DNA of 64,000 nucleotides from Balanoglossus misakiensis (lineage: Eukaryota; Animalia; Hemichordata): positions 3,278,699-3,342,698 of the forward strand of contig CM082581.2 of NCBI GenBank assembly GCA_040954595.2, read 5' to 3'. The notes beneath the pieces were generated by a model. It did not search any database. It had not been told where the DNA came from and saw only the letters and a list, made by a program, of their open reading frames with translations. The stretch's first letter is position 1. Every line of letters begins with the position of its first letter. Below, piece after piece: positions 23,218 through 38,200 of this stretch. The position numbers were made by a program, and so were the translations under genes.

Positions 23218-26200
23218 CTGAAATCCAAGCAAAAAAATAACCAATCAGTACAAATTAAATATCTAAATGACTAATGGTCATAGGCATAATCCAACTGAAT
23301 AAGAAAATGACAACATATTTGATGTGGACTGTGACATCTTAAAGGGGCAAAGTCTCTCTCTCGCTGCACTTTTTCCATCAATTATGTTTGATACAAGACA
23401 CCGTTTATGTTATTCTAGATGTGGATTTATAGTGAAACAACGTTTGACCTCATCAACTTCCATCCCGTTTGTACGATATGAGTCTAGAGTAAAAATCCCG
23501 CCAAAATGAATAAATGGTAAACACTGATTATTCATTTTGGCGAGTTTTTCACTCTAGTGTCTGCAAGTGGGATGAAAGTTGTGTGTGGTTGAATGTTGAT
23601 TCACTATATATCCACCTGTAGAATAACATAAACGGTGTCTTGTATCAAACATAATTAAATATAGAGGGAACTGGGGGTGAACAGGTTCAGGTTAAAGGGG
23701 TCTCATCAAAATCAAACAGTGTGGACTCGCTGCAGCTTGCAGGGAAGGTCCTACGTCTATGATGCCAGCATGCTACACAGACAGAGAGAGATTCAGCCAG
23801 GAAATTGTAAATCCAAACTCTGAAGGGATTACCTTTTGTCTAAAGACTAATTTGTAGACATTCCTTGCAAACATTGAACTGGCTGAGAGTATAGATGAAT
23901 CAGCTGATGACATCACAGCTGCAGACACAGCTCCAAGACCAAAGAATGACACAGCGGTCGGCGTCAAATACTGCAGAACCAACGGCAGGATCAACTCAGT
24001 TGATTGGTATGGATCTTTTGTATAGGCTGTTTGATTCCAGTCTAAAACAAAAAACAATGAATGTTAGTGGCACTGCTTCCATTTTCAGCTGAGATGAGAT
24101 GAGATGAGATGAGAGCTGAATGTTGTCTGTGAGTATTAGTCTGTCAAGAATGGTCAAATGGATTCAAGTCAAATGGGGTGCACAGTTATAGATTTGCAAT
24201 ATCAAGAACTGATGAAATTTCAGTGGGCACAGCTTATAGATGATATGTAAACAAGACAAAATAGTCCCTGATGAAACAGGTTAAAATGAAATACTCATGT
24301 TTTTTTAATTTCCTTCATCATCACAATCAATAATTATAAAAATAGGCAGTTTCAGTATGGTTCTGTGTACAATGAATCTTCAAATATAAAATAATTTGTT
24401 TCATTTAACATTTAAAATTAGATAAATCTGTTTTTTTTCATGCAGAATGCATGAGCAAAGTCAGCTGTGATGATGATTTTATCAAAAACTATTATAAAAT
24501 GCAATTCTGTAAGTTTTCAAGCTAAGAGAAAACATATCATCATTTGTGAAATGAAACATCTCACGTGGGTTGGGAAATTTCAGTCTTACACTTACTGTTG
24601 GTTCAAGTTGGATAAGCCAATACAACACAGCCAGCTAAACCACCACTTGGGAGCAATGTCTTGCTACATTAAAACAACAATGATGATTGGGAAACTTACC
24701 AGTGGAAGCACCAATTGCTCCAATCAGAACGGCTGGTATAGCCATCACTATACAGCCTACTGCTGCAACAAATGACAAAATCTGAGCTCTCCAAGCGCTG
24801 GATGATGACAACACACGCTGGAAGTAAACTTGCCATGGAATGCCACCGAATGTCTACAAAGATAACCAAAGCAAAATGAATCTCTATCCTGTGTTGTACT
24901 AAATGGTTAGCAATGCAATGTATTTATTGGTCTAAAACGTTACAAAAAACCACTCCAATCTTGTGTTTTGTAAAATTGATTGTATGATGTACAAAAACTA
25001 AGGTGATGTCATAGTGAATGAATTGAAATGTTCACCCCCAGCAGTCAAAATCATGATTTATGAATAGCAATGTGTATAGCAACGAGAAGAAAGAAAACAG
25101 TTTACAAATACATGCAGGTGACAGTATCTGGGCAACCAGGCAGGGCATGGTATACATGAAAAAGCTGCAAGTATATGAGGGGACATTTTTTCACATGAAG
25201 TTAAAGCCCCAAGAGCTGCCACTTTTTGCATTATTTTCGTAATTTTACTTTCCAACTTAGATTGGTCCCTCTAAATAATCTTACTGATAGGTACATATAT
25301 ACATGAACTGATGGTGGCTGTATGTTGCAATTTGAACACGTGAAATATTAAACGGGTGCCACAGCCGTTTAATCGGCCTTCATACAAAGAGTACACAACA
25401 ATTGTGGTATACGCCACCAAGAGATGACAAACTGATGCAAATACAAGTAATATGGCTTAATAGTATTTACCCTAAAGGATAATGTGAAAATTTGAAGTAT
25501 TTTATCGTGGAACAAAATATGCAAAATTTGGCAGCTCATGGGGCTTAAAAAAACAAGAATACTTACAAGCAGAAGGGCATAATCAATCCAGACACCAGCA
25601 AATAATGGATCCCATTTGCCAACCCATCCTTCTGTAGTACCTGTGAGTGTTATGGGGGTTACAGCTTCATGTAAAAACGCAAATGGAATGCAGATCCACT
25701 GCAAAGGAAAAACATAAAAAAATACCATTCAATATTAATCTCCCAGGTTTTAGTTAACCAGGTGCCTTCAGATAAGAAGCTACTATTCCAATTGTTACAT
25801 CTTTGTTCTATTACAATCACTTAAATTGGTATCCCTAAGTTGTTAATAGATATTCAGTGAAAACTGTTCCAGTTTTTCATGGTTTGACATTGGTGATAGA
25901 TGTGTATATTTATACCTATACATACTGACGACATCGCCATCTTGGTTTTATGGAGTTGATTCTTCTCAAATAGCCGGGCAACAGTTTTAAGAACTACTGC
26001 CATACATGTACATTTCATACAGGATAAAACCTAAATTCAGTGATATTCATAGCAAATAGTTATGACAACTTACCAAACCCACAAATATACAGATTAGTTG
26101 CACAACGTCTGTATATGCAACGGAATATAGCCCACCAAGAACTGTATAAAACATTGCTATACAAGCAGATACTATGATGGAAATCTTGATATCAAGATCT

Positions 26201-29200
26201 AATATAACACTCAGTGTTGCACCTGATGATGAAAATAAAATAAACAAACATTATATCACACACAATCAATATATCAATGTATTATTTATTTTTTCAAGAA
26301 TGCCAAATGACATGTACACTCTCTCTGTCTGTGTCATAAAGATTGATCTGAAATATGACCCAATACAAACTGTTGGTACATGTAGGTGTGACTTGAATCT
26401 CATTAACAATAATGTTTCAATGTTTTAGTAAAGTAATATGATCATACATGAATATACAAAAACATGTCTTAAAGCTACAGTATCACCAATCAGTTACATT
26501 TGGGATGTGTTGAAAAGCAGCATTTCCCTTCGTTTGGCTTTGCTGGCTTTCGTGGATTTGTTAGTGATTGAGCATGCCATTAAAAAACAGACTGAGGTAA
26601 AAGTGGGCTGAAACTGTAAAAGTGCCTCCTGTTTTGTTCGCCAAAGTAGAATAGAAGATGCAACCAGATATGTATTGAACGTCCTTGTTACATGACGGAT
26701 CATTTTGGTGCCTTGATTTGTAGGCTTTACACATCGATGAAAGTTAACATGATGGCGCCCTCTACGGTATACTGCTGCATCCAGATCATTAGTTTACTTA
26801 CTTTTTCCTAATTAATGGGGTAATGATTGTGTATTCCATCAAAAAACAAGGTAATACAGGATAATGATGTTGATATGTTATATTTTGTCAATGGCGATAT
26901 CATATTTCAGTAAATGCTTTGTTGTTGAATGTTCCCCAACATGGCTTCAGGTACAACTTCCTGTTTGGGCATGGTATATTACAAACCTACGCATGCGTAT
27001 TTGTCGCGTTTGATAACGCAAAAATTTCCTGTTGCGAAAATTTCCCGGTTTACAGTGTTTTTCTGCACTCAAATTGCTATTTTGTCAGGTTTCATGAGTG
27101 TACAAATAAGTACAATGGATCTTCTAAGAAAATGATGGCTGATGGAATTTGTGACATTTGTCTTTAGAGTGACTACTTCCAACATGTACTTAAAACTTAG
27201 AGATTGATATACATGTATGGTGTGTGTCACATATGGGGCATGGTTTGCTTTAATACTAATTTCAAAACACTTGATATCACTATTTTGTCTTTTAACCCGA
27301 GGTGCAAATCCATTTCTTTCACAGACTTGAAATGGTTCTGTGTGTTTTGTGTGTCGAGTGTCTGTGCCTTGGTTTGTCTTTGTATTTGTAACAGGCCATG
27401 TATATGTGACGTTTGTACAATTGCAATGATTTGAGCTTACCTAGAGCAGAAAGGATAGCTGCAGACCAGAATACTTCTCCTAATAGTGCTGGTATAAATA
27501 GAAGACCTCCCATACGCTCTCCATACTTCAACTGGAAGGGATCCAACATGGTGACATATCCCTGCGATCTCATCTGCTTTGCAAATAAAATACCCCCTAC
27601 AACAAAGCGTAGGTTCATTGTTGAGTAGGTGAACATTTTAGAAACACGAAATACGGTATCAGTAATCTGAAGAAGAATCTTATAGATATGCAACACCAAT
27701 GTGTTACCAGAAAATGAAACACATGCTTTGGTATTAAATTCTGGAGGTGACAAGATACATGACTAGTGTAGTAGTGACATATAAACATTCTTCTTTTTTA
27801 TGAAAATGCAAAAGAGCGCATTCCAAGATGGCAGAGTGATCGAGTATGTTTCTTATGCTTCAAGTGTATCACCGTTGTTGTACCCTTTAAAAATCAGTTT
27901 TTTTTCAAATTTGATCACTATTCTCAATGTTCGAGTTATAGATATACTGTATCAACACCATGTGACAATTCATTATAGTTTTGCCACAATGATTAAAGGG
28001 GAAATCAGGCGTAGCTGATTTCTACATAATTTGGTAGCTTTGAGGTCACTTTTACAGAAAAAAACATGTTCACCATGTATAAATCGCGCGATTTTTTACA
28101 AAGTTGAGGGAAAGTTGGCAGAATTTCCAATATGGTGTTTACTGTAATTTGAATCATGGGAAAAAAAGCGCCAGGACCAACTTCCGCCCACCATGGTGTG
28201 GGTGATACCATTTTCCGATTGGTGTCACTGGGCGACAGACTAGGCGTATTTTCATAGCTATTGTTTGTTCTTTGCATCAGTTGATAAACAATCATCAGCA
28301 AAGTCGTAAATTTTTCATCTATTGACAGTTTTTATGAGCTATAACCCATGAAAAATATGCAAATATGCTTGGCCTGTGACGCAGTGACACCAATCGGAAA
28401 ATGGTATCACCCACACCAAGGTGGGCGGAAGTTGGTCCTGGCGCTTTTTTCCCATGATTCAAATTACAGTTAACGCCATATTGGAAATTCTGCCAACTTT
28501 CCCTCGATTTTGTAAAAAAAATCGCGCGACTTATACATGGCGAATGTTTTTTTCTGAAAGAGTGACCTCAAAGCTACCAAATTATGTAGAAATCAGCTAC
28601 GCCGGATTTTCCCTTTAATGTTACCGAGAATACTGTTACAGTATAAAATTTCCATGTTGCTTTTGGTGCCCAGATGAATCGCCTTCAAACACAACGGAAG
28701 CCCTACAAATGCATTGGTGGCCAAGAGGATTTCAACGAACTGGGTCATTTTTATGAACATGATCCCCGTTCACATTTGGTCCATTGTTAGAGTTAGGGGT
28801 CACCAATCAAAGTGGAGCTGGAGAAACTATATCTTGGAATGACAGTTCGACAGCTTATGAACCACAATAACAACAACAGTACATATGATTTTTTGCACAT
28901 TTTGTGCATAAACAAATTATGGCACATTCTGGGAAAAAAATGACATCTTCACATATGCTTATCTGATGCAAATCTTTCCTAACTTCCAGCATCCTTCTGG
29001 GTGGTCAGACTTACCAACCCGATCGGAGGAGTTAATTTGATGAACAGACAATGTATGGGGCTATGTTGACAAGTGAAATACTGGGTACATTAACGTGGTG
29101 TTTGGTGTAGAGCGAGAATTGCGTTTGATATACAGTACAAAAATACTGGAAATAAAGCCAAAAGTTACAGGTAATGTCCCTTTAATCATTGGTTAAAAAT

Positions 29201-32200
29201 TAAAGCTTACCTAGAACCAGACTGAGGGCATAGCCCCAAGGTGCTTGGGCCCACAACAGACCATAGTCAGGATTGAAGACTGCCTCTGCTGTTCCATTAA
29301 TGTAACCACCTCCTACCCAAGTTGCTGTTGAATTAATAAAGAAAAAGATGGTATAATTTTACTGAGTACATCCAATTACATGTACCGGTATGTATTAGTA
29401 AATCTTCAAGTGTTTAATGTTGTTACATTAAATAGATAATGTTCACCCACAGCAACTTTACAAGACCCAAGAGCAGCCACTTGCAGCATCTTTTTAATCA
29501 ATAAAATACCTAAAGCCCTATGAGCTGTAACTTTTGGGAAATTATCATGAAATTTATTTCCAAACTTTATTAATATTAGCCCATACAGATGTATGCACTG
29601 AAGTACATACATGTATATACAAATATTATAAATTGCAACATTTACATATCTGTCTGATCAATATTTGTACCTTGTTTCATCGAAGTACATGCAGTAATAT
29701 CAGTAGCATATCACTAATTAGAAATGTTAATTAAATATGCAAAGTTATAGTTTATGATTTTTCACGACTGCGCAGAGTTTCTAAATAAAGTTTTTATATC
29801 ATTAATCTGTGTAAAAACAATACCTCTGACGAGAGTCATCAGATTTGGCTCAGTATCTCTTGATTTATGAAGATAATTAAATGAGTTTGTTAAAACTGCT
29901 AACCATCTAATAACCTAGTCAGATCTCTGTCAGATCAATAACTGAAGCACGTTCCATCACATCAAGTGCAGTAATTTCAGAAAAAGAGCAGTCATTAGAA
30001 TAGTCATTGAATACATTTACATACATGAATAACAATAGTTTGTCAGGGTACAGCTGGCACGCCTTGGCAATCACTGTCTTGCTATTAAAGCCCCATAGTG
30101 AAAAAACTCACCAAAATGAATAATCGTTCTCAACGATTTATTTATTTTGGGCAAGATTTTACTCTCATATCATACAAGCAGGGTGAAAGTTGTGTGTGGT
30201 TGAATGTTCATTCACTATATATACACATGTACATTAACATAAATGGTGTCTTGTATCAAACATAATTAATGGAAACATGGCAGCGAGAAAGAGACTTTGT
30301 CCCGTTAATAAATAATTAGGCTGCAATAAGAAAAATAATATGTTGATCATCTACATGTATAAACCATATCAATATCTGTTTATTCAATATGTACATTGTG
30401 CCAAACAATTCCATTCTTAATTATGATAGCATATTGAATATATTAAATTCAATTACTGCCAGTCGTCATCCTGCAAAATTTCAGAAAATTATAAATGTTT
30501 TTGAACAGCCACTGTCCACCAGCAAGTGGCATACGGAATACGGCCTACAGTGCATGCATTGTTCACTTGGACCTTTGTTCCAAAGGACTAAGGTGAATGT
30601 ACGCCTAGGCTATCATCATAAGAAAATAATAAAAACACTTAACCCTACTGCGACTGGGTGTCATACCTGTTTAGAGTGTCAAGTCCCTTAAATACGTATG
30701 TGCCGTTTTTCTTCTAAAACGTATTTTGACTGTCTTGACATGGCTCTCATACGTACCTAGACACACTTGGCAGTCTGAGCCCCCTGTAAAATGTACCAAA
30801 TCGTACTGGTTTGCACTGGTTTGGTTTGAGGGTTTTGTATAGGCCCTCCAGAGTAACACACACTTGGCACACAAAAGGCCTGGGAGCCCGGATTCTAGGC
30901 ATCCTGGAAATCAAACCAGTTTCAAACGACTTGGCAGCATGATTAGGGTTAATGTTCCTTTAAATGTTGTCTTTCTCAAACAGACTTTTTGACCGAAAAA
31001 TATCCCCAATTTCCAGCTGGCCCCCACTTCAAGTCAATTTGTTCACAGACAGTTTAACGTCTTTAACATGCAAATGCTAAACCACAGATGAAAATCTAAT
31101 TTAAATGCCAAGTTACCAGAGGGGCATACAACATTGAGCATGGATCAATTCTCTCAGACCTTTATACTGTAACCACATCCCTCTTGAACACAAGGCAATA
31201 TATACAATTTGTAATGCTGAGGCACCTGTGTCTTGTGGTTTAGACTTGCAATTCAGATCATCAGTATGAGACCGTAAAATGCTACATGTACTGGGACCTC
31301 ACCAGCATCGGGTCACAAAATCAGAAAAGGACACTGAAGCTGTAGTGAACAACATGTATGGCACTCTGAAATCAATATAAATGTATAGGGCTTCAAGAAT
31401 GAAAATTATTGGGAAAAGTGTTACACTGTATCTGGCATTTTTATCACATAAATACAAGACATACTATTAATACATATATACTAATAAAGGGACAAAGTCT
31501 CTCTCGCCCATTTTTTTCGTTATTTATGTTTGATACAAGACACCGTTTATGTTATTCTACATGTGAATATGTATTGAATCAACATTCAACCACACACACC
31601 TTCCATCCCGCTTGTAGACACGAGTGAAAAAACTGGCCAAAATGAATAATTGATGTTTACCATTTATTCATTTTGGTGACATTTTTACATTCATATGCTA
31701 CAAATGGGATGGATGCTGTGTGTGGTCGAACGTTGATTCACTATATATCCACTTGTAGAATAACATAAATGGTGTCTTGTATCAAACATAAATAAGGGAA
31801 AAAAAATGGGCGAGAAAGATTTTGTCCCTTTAATACGTACATGCATACATACACACACACACAAACATGTACATACACAGACATCAATTGACAGACACTG
31901 ACTGACCCTACTATATCTATATATATATAATCCCATAATATTTTTTTCTTTGACATGATGCTTCTTTTCATTGTGAAGATATTTTCAACTAATTGAATTT
32001 CTAAGTCACAGGGTTAAGTACAGAAACTTTAAAGTGTTTAGGGTACCATGACAACGGTTACAGTTGTAATTTACAGTGATGGCAAAGTGTCATTAGAATT
32101 TACATGTCGTCATTGCCATTGGATACAGAAGGTTAATTTAGCTTTGTGGCAAATGAAATTGCCATCAGGTTCTGCCTGGTGCAGGTTGCATAGTTGCTCG

Positions 32201-35200
32201 TAAAAATTCTCCGGGAACAAATTTCCTTAACAACATCCTTTCTCTGTAAGTATTTCGGGAAATTGGCATAGTGAGCTTTGCTGTGGTAATTTGTGGAACA
32301 AGATTTAATGGTCCCATCATTACTCTGTGGCGCTTGTAAACTTAAAGGGACAAAGTCTCTCTCTCGCTGCCCTTTTTTCATGAATTATGTTTGATACTTA
32401 TACAAGACACCATTTATATTAAGGTACATGTGGATATAAAGTGTGAACATTCAATCCCACTTGTAGACTTGAGAGTGAAAAAAACTCGCCAAAATGAATA
32501 ATCGGTCTCTACCATTTATTCATTTGGCGAGATTTTTACTCTCATATCCTACAAACCAGATGGAAGTTGTGTGTGGTTGAACGTTGATTCACTATATATC
32601 CATATGTAGAATAACATAAACTGTCTTGTATCAAACAAAATTAATGGAAAAGGCAGCGAGAGAGAGACTTTGTCCCTTTAAGGTTGTTGAATACTTCATT
32701 ACTAAATTTTTTTTTCAGCATACATGTACTTATCAATTTTTAGCAAAGTGAAAATATTTGCTTCAAATTTTAAAAATATTTCCCTTGCACGATGCTTTTT
32801 ATGGAGATGAGTAAATTTTTTATTTCCATGCAAATTTTATGAGAAATATGACACCGATAAAAACTATCATACTTTTTTTATCAATGCTATTTTCATCAGT
32901 ATATTTGATTACTACGTTTTTTCAAAATATTACATGCTTTGTATATTTGCTGGTATGTGAACAGTTAGTTCTGTAACTTGTGGGTCTAGATCTAAATTGA
33001 GATCAGCTGGCATCAAGGAAATTAATGTTGTTGATATTTAACGTTCCATCAATGTTACTTGGACACGTGTATTAAAGATTATGGTCCCAGTTGTAAATAT
33101 TGTGTCAAAATTTTTTTTTCTTTAATCAACAATGCACCCAACTTCAATGGTGCCTGTGGTTTTGACCACCAGTTTCAATGCTTGGTGGTCCATCAGGTTG
33201 ACCTCCATGTTAGCTTGGCCTCACTATTGTTGCTGCAGTTGGGGATTGGAGACTGGCAGTACAGTTCACCCCTTTCACCACAATGGTTCAGTCCAAACCC
33301 ATTGTTTTCTATGGTGAAGTTGGACCTCTATAAATGACGGAACTGGTCTGTTAGGATATAGTTTACGCTGTTTAGACTTCGATCACAGCCAGGGACCTGC
33401 ATACCAAAGTTGACCCCCAAAATAATTTGTCGTTACGTATACGTAGTTTCATCACAATTTGAACCATCATGACTTGCATATAACACATTTTAAAGCAATC
33501 AGTCAAGTGGATTCTGGGGGTTTTGAACAAAAATGGCAGACAATATAATACAATTTTGCAGATTCTGTCACAATCATACCAAACCTGACTTCGATCACCC
33601 CCGAGACCTTCGTACCCAATTCCAAAGCTATATGACCTGTAGTTTTTTACAAAATGTAGAAGAAGTCAATTGTTGCCGGACATATGGCTGCACAGACTGA
33701 CAAGAAACAATCACTCCATCTCATAAACATCACTGGCAGAGGAGTTAAAATCATGACATTCTGGCTCAAAGTTATTCCAATTACATGTACATTGTACAAC
33801 CCATAGAAATACCATCAGCTCTTCTTCTCCACTACTGTACCTAGCCCACAATATTTAACTCTGCCAACATATCAAGAGATTTACCTTGCAATTTTCACCT
33901 AGTATGTACCTTCCAAAATACATGTACACTATTTGGGCCATGATAAAAAGACTGACACTTTGACTGGCTATTGTTATTGTTAATTTCACTCCACCTTCAC
34001 CCATTAAATTTTACCATTTGGTAAAAAATTTCAAGATGGCCGATTTTTGCCACGTTTAAGGAATGGGAGTTCATAAGCTAAAAAGTAATATGTGGTTGTT
34101 CTGAAACTTTGTTAACAGAACAAATAACAAAATGTGAAAAAAGTAGAATGACTTTAATAATCATGCTAACTACAAAGACATAAATTTTTGACCAAAATAA
34201 CTCATGAAATACAGTCACCATATAATTTCTTCTATCTCTTACTACAGTGAGTTGTCGACCTTTTACCCATAATGCAATTATTATAATGTGATTACCCCAA
34301 GCACAAATTGAAAATCCATTTAAGGCAGCCAGAATTAGTTTCTTGAGAACTGTTCTACACATGGTTTGGACACTATGTGAGCACGTGAGCTGCAACTGGA
34401 TAAAAAAAAGCTTTAAATAATCTCATATATGCTTCTAATTATGTATATTAAATGATAGTTCATTATAGTTTATCAAGATTAACACTTATTTATGACAAAA
34501 TGGCCAAAAATTAAAGAAAATTCCTACAATTTTTTATAAAGTGCCATATTGCAATAAAAAATGTAATGTCTAAGTCGGGTACATTTACTTCCATCTGTTC
34601 TATTGGAAGGGATCATACTTTACTTATGAAATTTTATACCCGGAAATGCAACGTTTTCATTGTTTCTTGCATTTTCCCACAGTGGCGGCCATATTCCTTT
34701 GCGGCAAAGCTTTATTATTTATCTGACTAAAAACTTGCATATGCACTCATATATAGGGTTCGTTATACTTGTACATAGATCAGTGCCTACATCTGCATGT
34801 GCTAATGGTAGTACAGTTTGAAAAAAAAAATGATAATTATGCCAAGTTGCAGCTCATGTGACATTTTTGTTTCCATGATAATATTTCTACTTTAAAAAAA
34901 ATGAATTTTTTAAGTGATTATTACCATCAACAACATTGCATTTTCTTGTAGGCCACAATATGATTGGTCAATAGATAATTCGTCATAGGGCGTGGTCCAT
35001 GGCTCACACCACCTGATGTACAATTGTCCCAAGATATTGCTATGTTTGACTATATCACACAGAAGCACACTCAAGAAGGCTCTAAGCACCTTGTAGCCAT
35101 AGCAACACTATACATGTAGACATCCTACGTGTAAATCTCTGAATACAGGTTCTGTTGCGACAATTGACAAATCTTAATGACTTTATTCATTTATTGTATG

Positions 35201-38200
35201 AAATGAGATATCATTTACAATTAGGGTCTCACGTTGGCTGTACAAAGAGAAATGGACACTTAACACAGTACTTGTAAAAACAGAAGCAAGGTCATTACTC
35301 TGGCTGCCGGTAAAAGAAATCAGATGGAATCATTTGAAAATGATGAATGTCATAAAACTGCTAAATGAAGATTTGAGAAAAGAATTCCTACGTGTGTGTC
35401 TCTTGATTGTTGTACCATCCACGGAACATGTGATCAAACTGAAGATTGGTGTTGGTTGACAGTTACATTGTACAAGTCTCGGTGATTGATGGCTCAACTT
35501 GAAGACTGCAATTTCACGGATGAAATGACAAGACTGGCTCATCAGAGCTCTCCACTATGGGAAGTATCAACTGAACCACTATGATTGAAAATTTTCATTA
35601 ATGTTCAGTTGACTGAAGCACCGGATTTCCAACAGATTGACGTTCACAGATCACAGCAAACCCAAATCAATGTAACATTTTCACACATGGTCTCTGTAAT
35701 ACTGTAAAACACTTTATTCGCGAGTTGAAATTTTCGCGATATCAAAAGAGGCCACTGTTTTGCGAGTATTAATTTTCACATTATTTTTGTGATGTAGCAT
35801 AACCAGTGAAAAGCCCAGTATTTTCTGTTCAGTATTAATTGTCCAATGACAAAGTTGGCTTGTGCAAGTGATTACAAAAGATAGTGTAAAACACATTTTT
35901 GCGAGTTGAAATTTTCGCGATATCAAGAGAGGCCACTGTTTCGCGAGTATTAATTTTCGCGTTCTCTTATTTCATTCACTGCATCGTTATCTTCAAAAAA
36001 AATTTACGTGACTTTTTTATTTTCACGCTATTTTGGCTCTCGCGTATTTCGCGAAAAATAAAGTGTTTTACAGTATCCTTGTTTTTATAATCACTTGTAT
36101 CATTCCCCGGGTATCATTCTGTCACTAATTTTACATAGGATGTTACTATATTTAAAAATGTAAAACCCGCTATACATTTATACAGAATGTTATTATATTT
36201 TAAAATATACAAATTGTGGAAAAAACTCAACATCAACCACGCTTTTAGTTTCAACTGACTACCCACTCTGCTTGGAATCACTTCAAAGATTTATTTTCAT
36301 TACGAAATATTTGTTTTTATCTGCATGAGTAGTCTAGAATCTATCCGTTCGTAGTCGCATTCACCCTACTACCGTCTAGGAACGCCTAACCAAAATCTAG
36401 TAAGGCCATAAAAATGGTAATTTGAATGTGAATAGTCTCCAACTGAGCAGTCTGACGTCAGAGAAGTCAATCACTTACGTTGACCGACTACTGATTGGCC
36501 GTTGAGGTGATGACGTTGAATGTTAATTATGTTTACAATGTAGCTAGCTCCGCCCCGAATGATACATAATCATGATCACGTGGTGACGCTTGACGTCAGA
36601 TTGCTCAGTTGGAGACTATTCACATTCAAATTACCATTTTTATGGCCTTACTAGATTTTGGTTAGGCGTTCCTAGACGGTAGTAGGGTGAATGCGACTAC
36701 GAACGGATAGATTCTAGACTACTGCATGAGGCACTCAGTACCAAAGTGAGATTTCATAAAAACTCACATCACGGAAAATGTTCTCATTTTATCACTTGTA
36801 TATTATAGGATATGAACTCAAAGCTAACATTCTAATTCACTTGGACAAATGTTACAGCAAGTAATTTCACGCGCACACAAAAATCCCCCCAAATCTAAAG
36901 AAATGGGAAGGTTCAATAGCCAATTAACTAAAACTCCCACACACCACCACTCATCTGACCAGACTGATATCAATCCTGCCCACACACACACACACACACA
37001 CACAAATTAAAAAGTAAAGTAAAGGACACTACATGTATGCTCCCATCTGATTAATATCTACGTGCCTCCAAAGTAGATTCAATTAAAGTGAGTTTCACCC
37101 ATTCATTACAATTTTACCCAAACTATTGACATTTTCACTATGATTTCAACAAATCTGAAATGCAACCATTCCTGCAAAACTTTACATAAACTTTTATTTG
37201 GTGCAATTGGGCAAGCACTTTAGAGACAATTTTTGATCAACAAAAATAAAGAAAATGACAAAAAATTGCTAAAAATTGAAAATGCCTGATATCAGCAGAA
37301 AATGAACATACATACATCTATATAAAATCTACCTAATCATGAGTATTCCCTTTTTGATTAGTTCTTCACACACAGTCTAGCGTGGGTAATTTTAACCTAG
37401 CTAAGGAGTCTGCCCGATCTAAATCATCAGACCATGGTCAGACTTCTTAACTAGGTTGAAATTATCCATGCTGGTCTGTGTGTGGAGAATGGAAATCAAG
37501 TTGATTTGTAATGGAGTGACATGGCTGAACTAAAGCAGATATTTTTACCCACCAAAAGCAGCAGTTTTATTTCTGAAAACATCCTAACACACTTTCTTTT
37601 TATGATGATACCTGTGAAATTAAGGCACGGTTTTGCATGCTTCTTCTCTCCCTCCATAATTGAAAAAGGTTGTGTTGTCCACGTGACACATACCTGTACA
37701 TGTACTAACCATGTGTTATGATTTGGAGGGCAGTTTATTGCTAAAGCTTTCATAAATGTCACGGTTACAGAACTAAAATCCAACTAATGGCCAAAAGCAT
37801 GAACTGGCCGCAAACCGATGGCACAGAGTGAAATGTGCAAAGTGCAGACTGGGGCACAGACTGTCGATTTCTGGTCCCAACAAGCATGTATAAACTCCCA
37901 TACTAATCGTCCGACAAAAACCTACAACATGTACCTGACAGATCGGGGCAAACCAGCCATTAAATGACATGACACTGATGTCTTGTACTACTGTCAGAGC
38001 TCTGTAGAAAGTTTCAAAAATATCACTAAATCAAAAATTTAATTAAATATGCAAATGATATACGTACAGGTTAATACACGTGAAAATAACATCTGGTAAA
38101 ATTCAGTGCAGAAACTCACAAGATTTAGGGCTAATTGCAATAATGCATGTACACTGTACTCAGACATAAATCCTGGTATTTTATGAACAATTATATTATA

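Noticed and set aside
28005-28618. Pair of similar ORFs on opposite strands
   Set aside because: They are mirror translations of the two arms of one palindromic MITE.
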